A stretch of 42,346 nucleotides of DNA from Candidatus Woesearchaeota archaeon (GTDB taxonomy: Archaea > Nanobdellota > Nanobdellia > SCGC-AAA011-G17 > PNOQ01), in assembly GCA_018663865.1 (NCBI GenBank), contig JABJPM010000017.1, positions 1 through 42,346 of the forward strand, read 5' to 3'. The notes under the pieces were generated by a model. The model did not search any database, was not told the origin of the DNA, and saw only the letters and a list, made by a program, of their open reading frames with translations. The position numbers were made by a program, and so were the translations under genes. Positions within the stretch are counted from its first letter, which is position 1. Every line of letters starts with the position of its first letter. Positions 19,555 to 29,318 of this stretch are shown here, piece after piece.

Positions 19555-20106
19555 TTAATCCCCTGAATCCCTTCGCGTTCTTGCTTTTTTAGCATCATCC
19601 TTGCTAGCATAAGCAACTAACCAGATGAATCCCGCAAAAACCCCTACAACCAATAAAGTGGATAAATAAGATTCCAGATAATAAAACCAATGTGGAGTTG
19701 AAAGTCCGTATGTTCCAGAAGATAAAGACCAAAATAATGCGATAAGAGTGATAATTATTCCCAAAATAGCCCCTCCACCGGATCCAAAATCACTATCGCC
19801 TCCAAACATTGAAACAACTAACATCATCATTATACCAAGCACAATGAAAAATGCCATCCGGGATAAATATGCATTCATCCACATGATAATTGCAGGTTCG
19901 GACAATATTAAAAATCCAATTATTAAAGAAACTACTACATTAATATTTGTTTTCGCAGCAGGATTATCTCCATCCCCTACTTTTCCAAAGATCTTAGTTT
20001 TTTCAAGTATTGCAAAAACAACTACAAAAACTAACATGAAGGGTAAAACATACTCATAAAAACCCATGCTCTCTAACTCATAAAATAGTGATCTCATATC
20101 AATCAT
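19555..20106 (-). CDS. Multi-pass membrane protein (paralogue 2 of 3)
   Basis: GFYEYVLPFMLVFVVVFAILEKTKIFG motif. Confidence 0.8.
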   Translation of the reverse strand: MIDMRSLFYELESMGFYEYVLPFMLVFVVVFAILEKTKIFGKVGDGDNPAAKTNINVVVSLIIGFLILSEPAIIMWMNAYLSRMAFFIVLGIMMMLVVSMFGGDSDFGSGGGAILGIIITLIALFWSLSSGTYGLSTPHWFYYLESYLSTLLVVGVFAGFIWLVAYASKDDAKKARTRRDSGD

Positions 20107-20660
20107 TAATCATCATCTCCCTTTGGTTGTTTAGTAATAAACACTATCAATCCGATTATTACTCCAACAACAGCGACTCCAATGAAAATTTCTTGCATCG
20201 CCCCTCCGCTAACCGAACTAAATAATTTTGATAATAATGAAACTCCGGGCGAGACCATATATGCACCCATAAAAATTAAAGCTAAAGCAATAAACATTAC
20301 AAATGAAAAAAATATGTACCATTTAGATTCATTTTCTTTAAAATCGAATTCTTCTGTTTTCCAAAAAATACCCAACATCAATAAAAAGGACATTGCAATA
20401 ACAATCATTAATGCTATATTTGGTAATGCTGAAGTGATTATATTTACTGCCTTATTTGCAGAAACAAATAATAATGCAACAACTAATGCTACAATAGAAT
20501 TTAAATTTTTCTTTGGTTCACCAGAACTTTCTTTACCTAAAATTAAAGTCTTCTCTAATATTGCAAAAATAATTGCAAAAATAAGTAAAAATGGCAAGAC
20601 AACATCAAATAGTCCAAAGTCCTGCAAAAATTCTATTGATCCTCTTAAAACTGATGTCAT
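20106..20660 (-). CDS. Multi-pass membrane protein (paralogue 1 of 3)
   Basis: GLFDVVLPFLLIFAIIFAILEKTLILG motif. Confidence 0.8.
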   Translation of the reverse strand: MTSVLRGSIEFLQDFGLFDVVLPFLLIFAIIFAILEKTLILGKESSGEPKKNLNSIVALVVALLFVSANKAVNIITSALPNIALMIVIAMSFLLMLGIFWKTEEFDFKENESKWYIFFSFVMFIALALIFMGAYMVSPGVSLLSKLFSSVSGGAMQEIFIGVAVVGVIIGLIVFITKQPKGDDD

Positions 20661-20701
20661 TGAACAAAAAATGAAGATGGGAGTATTTAAAAGTTATGTT
20701 T

Positions 20702-20983
20702 TTACTCCTCTTCTGGCATCGGCGCCTCATCATTATATGTTGGTACTGCGGCCTTACTAATAATCATTATATCTCCGATCGACTTAACAAGTTGCTGGGG
20801 TACAATAACTCCTTTTGCTCCGCCCAAGATTTTATTCAAATAAGAACGTTTTGTTGCCCTAACTCTCCATCCGAAAACTTTATTAGATGCCAAAATTGAC
20901 TCTTCAACATCTCCGAAATAATCACCAGAATCGGTATAAACTTCCATACTATAAATATCGCTTATTTTTTTAGTCTTTAACAT
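20702..20983 (-). CDS. PRC-barrel protein, CdpB2-like cell-division factor
   Basis: VYTDSGDYFGDVEE...AKGVIVPQQLVKSIGDIMII; ATG 20983 with AAGGAGG SD. Confidence 0.85.
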   Translation of the reverse strand: MLKTKKISDIYSMEVYTDSGDYFGDVEESILASNKVFGWRVRATKRSYLNKILGGAKGVIVPQQLVKSIGDIMIISKAAVPTYNDEAPMPEEE

Positions 20984-21046
20984 TATAATCCTCCTTTTTA
21001 CAAAATTAAGAAGTCTTTTAAACTTTATATACTTTTCTTTTCTAAA

Positions 21047-21715
21047 ATGCAATATAATAATTTATCTATAATCGGCACATCACATATTTCAAAACATAGT
21101 GTTGAAGAAGTAAAAGATCATATCTTAACCAAAAATCCAGATATAATTGCAATAGAGTTAGATAGGTCGAGAGCACACGCATTACTTAGTAAAAAAAAGA
21201 AAATTAAATTAAAAGATATAAAAAAAATAGGCGTAACAGGGATAATATTCGGTTTGATTGCAGGATATATCGAAAAAAAATTAGGCAAATTAGTAAAAAC
21301 AAAACCTGGATCTGAAATGTTGATTGCAATAAAATTAGCAAAAAAAGAAAATATCCCTATTTTATTAATGGATCAAGACATAAGGATTACTCTAAAAAAA
21401 ATATCAAAAGGAATGCCCTTAAAAGAAAAACTAAAATTTTTAAAAGACCTCATATTTTCAAAAACTAATCAGAAAGAATTAGAAAAAATAGATATATCTA
21501 AAGTGCCAACAGATAAAATAATTGAAGAAATGACTAAAGAATTCAAAAAAAGATATCCAACACTTTACAAAATATTAATTACTGAACGAAATGAAATAAT
21601 GGCAAAAAACTTAAATAATCTAATAATAAATAATAAAGATAAAAAAATACTTGCAATTATGGGTGCAGGGCATAAAAAAGAAATAGAAAAAATATTAAAA
21701 AATGGAAATATATAA
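21047..21715 (+). CDS. TraB/PrgY/GumN family protein (soluble domain only)
   Basis: IIGTSHIS, PDIIAIELD..R, PGSEM, DQDIRITL, ERNEIMA, MGAGH. Confidence 0.92.
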   Translation: MQYNNLSIIGTSHISKHSVEEVKDHILTKNPDIIAIELDRSRAHALLSKKKKIKLKDIKKIGVTGIIFGLIAGYIEKKLGKLVKTKPGSEMLIAIKLAKKENIPILLMDQDIRITLKKISKGMPLKEKLKFLKDLIFSKTNQKELEKIDISKVPTDKIIEEMTKEFKKRYPTLYKILITERNEIMAKNLNNLIINNKDKKILAIMGAGHKKEIEKILKNGNI

Positions 21716-22427
21716 TAAAAAAGAAATATTGAACCTATTTTTAGGGGCGATTATTCTTGGATTTATATTTTCTGCCAGAGGGTGGGGCCATTCAACATTT
21801 AATTTTGGAATTGGATTTTCAAATTTGATTCGGATGTCGATTTTATCATTCATAGTATTGTTAACCTACCAAACTTCCCATAAATTAATTGCAAAAAAAT
21901 ATCATGCACATTCCACATTTAGATTATGGTCGATGAGGAGATGGGGGTTTACAAAAAATGCTAAATTTAAGAGGCCATTCCTAGCAGGGATCATAATTCC
22001 CTTATTTTTTTCATTAATATCAAATGGATTTCTAAATTTTGCGGCAATTGGAAGTTCCGAAATAACTACAATTAATAAAAAAAGAATTGGCAAAAAATAT
22101 AAGCACATCTCAGAACAAGAATTGGCAAAAATACATTTAGTTGGACCACTAACAATATTATTGTTATCTTTGATTTTAATACAATTTCCGAGCTTTGAAG
22201 AAATTGTAAAAATCTCCTACACACTTGCAATATTTTCAATGTTGCCAATTTCTGGCTTGGATGGCGGGAAAATATTTTTTAGTTCACTGCCATTATACAT
22301 TTTTGGATTTGGATTCATTTGTTTGGCTACAATTTTAATTCAATTTTTAGCGCCAGTATGGACCTTGATAATCTCAATAATAACTGCAATAATCCTTTTA
22401 TCGATATTCTTAGAAAGTAATTTTTAA
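21702..22427 (+). CDS. M50 (site-2 protease)-like membrane protein with degenerate active site
   Basis: HK.IA after YQTS, VGPL, SMLPISGLDGGKI; canonical HExxH absent. Confidence 0.75.
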   Translation: MEIYNKKEILNLFLGAIILGFIFSARGWGHSTFNFGIGFSNLIRMSILSFIVLLTYQTSHKLIAKKYHAHSTFRLWSMRRWGFTKNAKFKRPFLAGIIIPLFFSLISNGFLNFAAIGSSEITTINKKRIGKKYKHISEQELAKIHLVGPLTILLLSLILIQFPSFEEIVKISYTLAIFSMLPISGLDGGKIFFSSLPLYIFGFGFICLATILIQFLAPVWTLIISIITAIILLSIFLESNF

Positions 22428-22428
22428 T

Positions 22429-22459
22429 GCTTGCCAAACACTAGAAAACAATTTATAAA
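22429..22459 (+). promoter_or_regulatory. hef promoter with GCTTGCCAA box
   Basis: GCTTGCCAAACACTAGAAAACAATTTATAAA, 21 bp before ATG 22481. Confidence 0.7.
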
Positions 22460-22480
22460 TAAATGATTATATGCAAAAAG

Positions 22481-24667
22481 ATGCACAATATAAAAAATTT
22501 CAAACCTAGGCGATATCAAGAAACAATTCTAAATACGTGTACAAATAAAAATACATTGGTTGTATTGCCCACAGGACTAGGAAAAACAAAAATAGCTATA
22601 TTAACAGCAATTACAAGATTAAATCAATATCCCGATTCAAAAATATTATTTTTAACGCCAACAAAACCTTTGGCAAATCAAATATATGAAGAATTCAAAG
22701 AGTCTACGAATGTCTCAGAAATATCCCTGTTTACGGGGGCAGTCCCTCCAAAAAAAAGAAAAGAATTGTATGAAACTGCAAAAATAATTATAAGTACTCC
22801 CCAGGGGATTGAAAATGACATAATAAATAATTCAATAGATATAAAAAAAATATCTCTACTTGCGATAGATGAAGCTCACCGCGCAGTAAAGGATTACTCA
22901 TATACCTGGATTGCAAAACAGTACAGGAATAATGCAAATTCAGAACGAATAATTGGATTGACTGCTTCTCCTGGATCCGAATTAGAAACAATAAATGAGG
23001 TTTGTGAAAATTTATTTAGTGAAGAGATAGAATTAAGGACTGAATCGGATGAAGATGTTAAACCCTATATCCACAAAACAAAAGTTGAAAATATAAAGGT
23101 AGAATTACCAGAAGATTTTAAAAAAATAAAAAAATATTTGGAGGATTCTTTTAATTCTAAAAAAATTAAATTGAAAAATAAAGGGTATGCATTAACCCAG
23201 AATACTAAAAAAGAAATACTTAACCTACAATTTTTATTGCAGAAACAAATTACAAAGGGAGAAAAGGATTATGAAATTTTCCAATCGATATCGTTAGTTG
23301 CCGAATTACTAAAGATAAATCATGCAATTGAAATGTTAGAAACTCAAGGTTTAGAAAGTTTAAACAATTATTTATCCCCTTTATTCGAAAAGGCATCAAT
23401 GCAAAAATCGAAAGCAGTAAAAAATATGATTATGGATCCAAATATGGTAGCAGCATACCAAAAAACTAAATTATCAATAGATATGAAAATAAAACATCCA
23501 AAAAAAATTAAATTGTTAGAAATTATAAAAAAAGAAATTTCTGAAAATCCCTCCATAAGGATAATAATATTTAATCAATATAGGGATTCTGCAAAATCGA
23601 TAGAAAATGAATTAAACGAAATAGAAGATATAAATGCAAAATTATTTGTAGGGCAAACAAAAAAGAATGGGACAGGGTTAACTCAAAAAAAACAAATAGA
23701 GATAATAAATGATTTTGAAAAAAATAAATATAATTGCCTAGTATCCACTTCAATTGGCGAAGAAGGATTGGATATTCCAAAAGTAGACTTGGTCATATTC
23801 TATGAACCAATACCTTCTGCAATACGATCAATCCAAAGGAGAGGTAGAACTGCAAGGCATGCTTCAGGAAAATTAATAGTTTTAATAACAAAAAACACAA
23901 GAGATGAGGCATATCACTGGACCGCATACCATAAAGAAAAGCGGATGCACAAGGTATTGCAAGATATTAAAAACAAAAGAATAGAGGTGAAACAACCGAC
24001 CTTGGACAAATTTATACATGAAAAAGAAGATTTGATTATTTTTGCAGATAGTAGGGAGGGCGGATCAAGAGTTATTAAAAAAATAAAAGAGATGGGAGTG
24101 AATATTCAATTGAAAACGATGACTACTGCAGATTTTGTAGTTTCTTCAAGGGTTGCGATAGAACGGAAAACAACCAGGGATTTTGTAGATTCAATAATAG
24201 ATAAAAGATTACTTAGCCAATTGAAAGATTTGAAACAATATTATGAAAGGCCACTAATAATAATCGAGGGTGAAGAAGATATCTACTCAGTAAGAAAAAT
24301 TCACCCAAATGCCATAAGGGGCATGTTATCTACAATTGCAATATCATACGGCATACCGATATTACACACAAAATCTCCGGGAGAAACGGCTGAGTTAATA
24401 AAATCAATTGCAAAAAAAGAACAAAATTATGTAAAAAAAGATTTTGGTATAAGGGTAGACAAAAAACCATTAACAACAAAAGAACAACAAGAATTTATAA
24501 TCGAATCATTGCCGGGAATAGGGCCATCATTAGCAAAATCACTATTAAATAAATTTGGTTCGGTTGAAAAAATAATAAATGCTGATCAAAAAAATCTGAT
24601 AAATATAGATCAATTGGGTGAAAAAAAAGCAGAAGAGATTATTAAAATTATAAAAGAAGAATATTAA
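22481..24667 (+). CDS. hef: Hef helicase-nuclease (SF2 DEAH helicase + ERCC4 nuclease + HhH)
   Basis: PTGLGKT, DEAH, TASPG, QRRGRTAR, ADSRE, ERKT, LPGIGP; PIP-like QPTLDKF in the linker. Confidence 0.96.
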   Translation: MHNIKNFKPRRYQETILNTCTNKNTLVVLPTGLGKTKIAILTAITRLNQYPDSKILFLTPTKPLANQIYEEFKESTNVSEISLFTGAVPPKKRKELYETAKIIISTPQGIENDIINNSIDIKKISLLAIDEAHRAVKDYSYTWIAKQYRNNANSERIIGLTASPGSELETINEVCENLFSEEIELRTESDEDVKPYIHKTKVENIKVELPEDFKKIKKYLEDSFNSKKIKLKNKGYALTQNTKKEILNLQFLLQKQITKGEKDYEIFQSISLVAELLKINHAIEMLETQGLESLNNYLSPLFEKASMQKSKAVKNMIMDPNMVAAYQKTKLSIDMKIKHPKKIKLLEIIKKEISENPSIRIIIFNQYRDSAKSIENELNEIEDINAKLFVGQTKKNGTGLTQKKQIEIINDFEKNKYNCLVSTSIGEEGLDIPKVDLVIFYEPIPSAIRSIQRRGRTARHASGKLIVLITKNTRDEAYHWTAYHKEKRMHKVLQDIKNKRIEVKQPTLDKFIHEKEDLIIFADSREGGSRVIKKIKEMGVNIQLKTMTTADFVVSSRVAIERKTTRDFVDSIIDKRLLSQLKDLKQYYERPLIIIEGEEDIYSVRKIHPNAIRGMLSTIAISYGIPILHTKSPGETAELIKSIAKKEQNYVKKDFGIRVDKKPLTTKEQQEFIIESLPGIGPSLAKSLLNKFGSVEKIINADQKNLINIDQLGEKKAEEIIKIIKEEY

Positions 24668-25866
24668 AATATTTCTGGAATATTTATGATCTTTCCATCA
24701 GATACACCCGAAATATCATAATCATTTAAATTGTGGCTACTAACTATCTTGTCATCCATTTTAACAATTATTTTTTCTGAGTCTTCTAAAATCGGTAATC
24801 CCACCATATAACTGGATCCTTCAATTATTATATTTGAATAATCTGGTTTTGAATCTTTATCATGCCCACATGAAAATAATATCGGTGATTTTAAACTAAC
24901 ACTTGCAAGGGAATTTCCAGAAGAATCAATAATCTCAATTAAATCACCATCGTTTGAAAATTGATCTGCAAATCCCTCTCCTTCTGTGACAGAAATAATA
25001 TTCCAATTTCCCATAGAATATTGGAGTTCAACATAATTTAATGGAGATTTTTGAAGTTCTGATGTTTGAGGGCGACTATCTTCTTCGATTATTTCTCTCA
25101 AAATAGCCTCATTATAATTCCCATAAACTTTAGATTTCCAATAATCTCTCATAATCCCCGTATGTATTGAACGCGCATGATCCCTATTGACACAACCAAG
25201 TATACACTCATGATCATCAACAATATCAAATTTTGAGCAAGAACTCAAATCAGAATCACAATTGGGTGCACTCCAGTCAACATCGCCTTCGAATTCGTAT
25301 TCATCTGCAAAATCTGCAAACAAATGTGCAAATTCGTGAGTAAATACTAAAGGATCATCATCCGAATTCAGAGATGCAGTTCCCATCCATGCACTAGATC
25401 TTAAATGTTGAAATAATTTTTGAATTCCTGAAACATCGACCAAAACAATTGGATAATCATTAGGGCAACTAGCTGCTGCACGTTTTATATTCCCGGGTTT
25501 ACACACAATTGCATCCCCACCATAATTATAATCGCAATTATAATCATTATCTAATTTTTCAATTCTGAAAAAATTAAATCTATCCTTATATTCATCATAT
25601 GGCGTGGTTTCAAAAAATGATTTAACCATTTCATCGGAGATTTTTCTAAATTTATCTAAATTTTCAAAATTGTCTGCTAAAAAGACAATATCTATACTTT
25701 CCGCGTAATTGCCATCATTTTTCATTTCCACACATCCTGGCAAGGGTTGAGAAGGAGATCTTACCCCCGTGGAAAAATTATCTTTAAAAATAAGAAATGT
25801 AAAAGTGGATACTATGATAATTATCAATATAACCACTGGCACCCATGATTTAGAAAAATCAACCAT
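24664..25866 (-). CDS. Membrane-anchored or secreted zinc metallopeptidase (M64-like)
   Basis: N-terminal TM, IDIVFLAD, PYDEYKDRFNF, THEFAHLFADFADEY. Confidence 0.8.
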   Translation of the reverse strand: MVDFSKSWVPVVILIIIIVSTFTFLIFKDNFSTGVRSPSQPLPGCVEMKNDGNYAESIDIVFLADNFENLDKFRKISDEMVKSFFETTPYDEYKDRFNFFRIEKLDNDYNCDYNYGGDAIVCKPGNIKRAAASCPNDYPIVLVDVSGIQKLFQHLRSSAWMGTASLNSDDDPLVFTHEFAHLFADFADEYEFEGDVDWSAPNCDSDLSSCSKFDIVDDHECILGCVNRDHARSIHTGIMRDYWKSKVYGNYNEAILREIIEEDSRPQTSELQKSPLNYVELQYSMGNWNIISVTEGEGFADQFSNDGDLIEIIDSSGNSLASVSLKSPILFSCGHDKDSKPDYSNIIIEGSSYMVGLPILEDSEKIIVKMDDKIVSSHNLNDYDISGVSDGKIINIPEIF

Positions 25867-25897
25867 ATTAAAAAATATGCGGGGAGATATATAAATA

Positions 25898-26431
25898 TTA
25901 TGATTTATATTCTTTCAAAACAATATATTTTGATCCATCTTTACTAAGTTTGCTTTGCATTAATTGGAAAGAATTAACCTCAAATTCAATTGGTTTGATT
26001 GAGATATCATTGCGAATTAATTTATGAAATTCATTTACTTTTTTTATTTTCTTAATTCTGCCCAACGTTAAATGGGGAGAAAACATTTGATATTCATTAG
26101 TAAACCCCAATAATTCAGAATCTATCTCTTGTTGCAGTTCAATAATTTTTTTATGCGGCACCAAATCTGCCCACAATACCTTGACATTTAATAAATTTGG
26201 AAATGTACCAAAATCGCCCAACCTGGCCAGGAAAGGGATAATTTCAATGCCTTTTAATTTGTCATGAATTTCCTCAAAGTTGTCAACATCACCAATAAAT
26301 TTGAGGGTTAGATGTAAATTTTTTTTAGGAACCCATTTTATTTTGGCCAAACCGGGATTTATTAATTTTTGAACCCTATATAACTCATTTTTGACTTCCA
26401 ACGGTAATTTGATTGCTGTAAAAACCCTCAT
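25898..26431 (-). CDS. thpR: RNA 2',3'-cyclic phosphodiesterase (2'-5' RNA ligase, 2H family)
   Basis: Two HxT motifs: HLTLKFIG and PHLTLGR. Confidence 0.95.
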   Translation of the reverse strand: MRVFTAIKLPLEVKNELYRVQKLINPGLAKIKWVPKKNLHLTLKFIGDVDNFEEIHDKLKGIEIIPFLARLGDFGTFPNLLNVKVLWADLVPHKKIIELQQEIDSELLGFTNEYQMFSPHLTLGRIKKIKKVNEFHKLIRNDISIKPIEFEVNSFQLMQSKLSKDGSKYIVLKEYKS

Positions 26432-26550
26432 GATAATAAATAAAATCTAAATTACTTAAACATTTCCTTATATTTCGTTTCTCCGAACAGCACCCAATAG
26501 ACTATTGCCATTGAAGTGAAGCTCATAAAAAGTAATAACCAATCATTCAT

Positions 26551-27672
26551 TTAACCAAACATCCTGGCAGGGTTTTCTTCATCAATTTCATCCCCTTTCC
26601 TTACTTTATTTATGGCAACTAAAAAATCTTTATGATCAATATATGTTCTTTTTTCCCGTATTGCAAAATATCCTGCTTCAGTGCAAACGGATTTTATTTC
26701 TGCACCAGAGAATGAATTTGTTAAAGCGGCCACCTCCCTAAAATCTATATTTTTTATATTCATATTTTTTGTATGGACTTTGAATATTTCTGATCTCCCT
26801 TTTTCTTCTGGCAGAGGGATATGTACCAACCTATCCAATCTTCCAGGGCGAATGATCGCTTGATCCAAAACATCAATTCGATTTGTGGCGCCGATTATTT
26901 TAACATTATCAAGATGATTGAAACCATCTATTTCATTCAATAATTGCATAAAAGTTCGTTGCACTTCCCTTTCCCCACTAGTTCCGATATCAACCCTTTC
27001 TGATGCAATTGAATCAATTTCATCAATAAAAATTATTGCAGGTGCATTTTCTCTTGCCAATTTAAAAATATCTTTTACTAATTTAGCCCCTTCTCCGATG
27101 AACTTTTGAACTAGCTCACTCCCCACTATCTGAATAAATGCCGCATTAGTACTTGCTGCAATAGCTTTGGCCAAAACAGTTTTTCCTGTTCCAGATGCCC
27201 CATACAGTAAAACTCCTTTTGGAGGTTCGATACCCATTTTTTTAAATAATTTTGGTTTTTTTAAGGGTAGTTCAATAACCTCATACAATTCTCTGATCTG
27301 ATTTTTTAATCCACCAATTTCTGACCAACTAATATCTGGTTTTTGCATTATTACAAAATTTTCAACACCGAATTGTTTAGATTTACCAATTGTGTCCACC
27401 ACTGTGAGTGATTTTTGTTCTGCTAAAACTCTGTCACCAACATTTAATCTTTCAATTAAATTGGGGGAAACATTTACAAAAAAACTATTCCCATTAGAAA
27501 GCCTGACAATTATTTTTTCTTTGAACATTTTAACAACATCGCAAACAACAAGAGGGGGCTCCTTCATAGAATTTAATTCTTTCTTTAAAGAAAAAACAGT
27601 CTCCTTTAATTTTTTATTCTCTTCAATGATAGAGTAATCACTATCACCACCCCTCTTGGAAATAAACTCCAT
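26551..27672 (-). CDS. pan: Proteasome-activating nucleotidase (AAA+)
   Basis: N-terminal coiled coil + OB, GASGTGKT, IFIDEID, ATNRID..RPGRLDR, C-terminal MFG. Confidence 0.95.
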   Translation of the reverse strand: MEFISKRGGDSDYSIIEENKKLKETVFSLKKELNSMKEPPLVVCDVVKMFKEKIIVRLSNGNSFFVNVSPNLIERLNVGDRVLAEQKSLTVVDTIGKSKQFGVENFVIMQKPDISWSEIGGLKNQIRELYEVIELPLKKPKLFKKMGIEPPKGVLLYGASGTGKTVLAKAIAASTNAAFIQIVGSELVQKFIGEGAKLVKDIFKLARENAPAIIFIDEIDSIASERVDIGTSGEREVQRTFMQLLNEIDGFNHLDNVKIIGATNRIDVLDQAIIRPGRLDRLVHIPLPEEKGRSEIFKVHTKNMNIKNIDFREVAALTNSFSGAEIKSVCTEAGYFAIREKRTYIDHKDFLVAINKVRKGDEIDEENPARMFG

Positions 27673-27757
27673 ACAAAAGGTATATTAATTTTATTTATAA
27701 AAATTACCCTCATAAAAAACATAAGTTTATATTATAACCAATAAATCTCCTATAATA

Positions 27758-28114
27758 ATGAAAGATAATACTTTATTGAAAATATCTCTTTGTTGCACAT
27801 TATTGGGGATATTGGTAATCCTATTCATTGTTGAAAATTCGGAAATACCGGAATCGAATATATCGAATTTGACTAAAGATAATCTTGGGACAACGGTTTC
27901 AGTATCAGGAAAAATAACCCGTATTACTGAAACCCCGGGACTTTTAATTTTAGATTTGAGTGATTCGACAGGAAAAATAACGGCAATCATATTTAAGGAA
28001 GGGAATATGACTCTTCAAAAAAATCAAATAGTCACAATAGAAGGAAAATTGATAGAATATGAAGACAAATTAGAAATTCAGGCAAATATATTAAAAATAA
28101 GAAAGTGGACATAA
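27758..28114 (+). CDS. Membrane-anchored OB-fold protein
   Basis: N-terminal TM; VSVSGKI...LSDSTGKITAIIF...VTIEGKL..YEDKLEI. Confidence 0.85.
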   Translation: MKDNTLLKISLCCTLLGILVILFIVENSEIPESNISNLTKDNLGTTVSVSGKITRITETPGLLILDLSDSTGKITAIIFKEGNMTLQKNQIVTIEGKLIEYEDKLEIQANILKIRKWT

Positions 28115-29313
28115 TGTTATTTGAAATTTTAATAGCGATCATTTTGGGATGTATAGCCGGAATAATTACTGGGTTAATCCCTGGAATTCATATAAATTTA
28201 GTTTCAGTTTTAATTTTGTCATTTTCAGTTTCATTATTAGAAATAACATCTCCAATAATTGTATCAATATTCATAATTTCGATGGCAATAACCCATACAT
28301 TTCTAGATACAATACCTGCAATTTTTTTGGGTGCACCAGAGGCTGATACCGCATTATCAATTTTGCCAGGCCATAAATTACTTTCAGAAGGCAGAGGATA
28401 TCATGCAGTAATTTTAACATTAATAGGAAGTTTATTTAGCATAATCCTTGCAATAATCTTTGCACCAATAATTGCAATAATAATAAACAAAATATATCCC
28501 TACTTATCAAAAATTATGGGGCACATATTAATTGTGACCTCAATTTTTTTAATTTCAAAAGATTCGAAATCTAAATATTGGGCATTTATCATTTTTATGT
28601 TGGCAGGAGTATTGGGGATTGCAACTTTAAATTTTCCAAATTTAGAAAACCCCTTATTTCCTTTATTATCTGGCATGTTTGGTACAAGTGGATTGATAAT
28701 AAGTTTAAATCAGAAAGTGAAAATCCCTGCCCAAATAATTTCTGAATTAAAAATAAAAAAGAAAACAATTTCTCAAGCAGTTGGGGCATCATTTGTTGCA
28801 GGTAGTTTATGTTCATTTATGCCTGGGCTTGGGCCATCTCAAGCAGCCATCATAGGATCACAATTAACAAAGAAAATGGAGCGCGAAGGATTTCTAATAT
28901 TGATTGGAGGGTTAAATACAATAAATATAATCATGTCATTCATTGCACTGTATATTTTAGATAAGGCTAGAAATGGTGCAATAATTACTGTTTCAAAAAT
29001 AATGGGGTCCTTTTCATTATCTAATTTAATTTTATTTTTGGGTGTAGCGCTTGTAGTCGCAGGAATAGCAACATTTTTAACAATAAACTTGACGAAGATA
29101 TTTTCAAAAATAATGACAAAGGTTAATTATACTAAACTTTGCATTTCCATCATTATCTTAATATTTGGATTGACAATATTTTTATCAGGAAAATATGGGT
29201 TGTTAATATTGACTGTGTCCACTGCATTAGGCATCGTACCCCCCTTGATTGGGGTTGGAAGGAATCACCTGATGGGTTGTTTGTTATTACCTGTGATTCT
29301 TTATTTTATATAA
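28114..29313 (+). CDS. TctA-like (DUF112) membrane transporter
   Basis: GLIPGIHIN, FLDTIPAIFLGAP...LPGH..L..GRG; internal repeat FMPGLG. Confidence 0.9.
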   Translation: MLFEILIAIILGCIAGIITGLIPGIHINLVSVLILSFSVSLLEITSPIIVSIFIISMAITHTFLDTIPAIFLGAPEADTALSILPGHKLLSEGRGYHAVILTLIGSLFSIILAIIFAPIIAIIINKIYPYLSKIMGHILIVTSIFLISKDSKSKYWAFIIFMLAGVLGIATLNFPNLENPLFPLLSGMFGTSGLIISLNQKVKIPAQIISELKIKKKTISQAVGASFVAGSLCSFMPGLGPSQAAIIGSQLTKKMEREGFLILIGGLNTINIIMSFIALYILDKARNGAIITVSKIMGSFSLSNLILFLGVALVVAGIATFLTINLTKIFSKIMTKVNYTKLCISIIILIFGLTIFLSGKYGLLILTVSTALGIVPPLIGVGRNHLMGCLLLPVILYFI

Positions 29314-29318
29314 TTAAC

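Noticed and set aside
20182-20760. 192-aa plus-strand ORF and similar antisense ORFs (e.g. 33520-34044, 34380-34790, 18728-19030)
   Set aside because: They overlap well-supported genes on the opposite strand and have no recognisable motifs.
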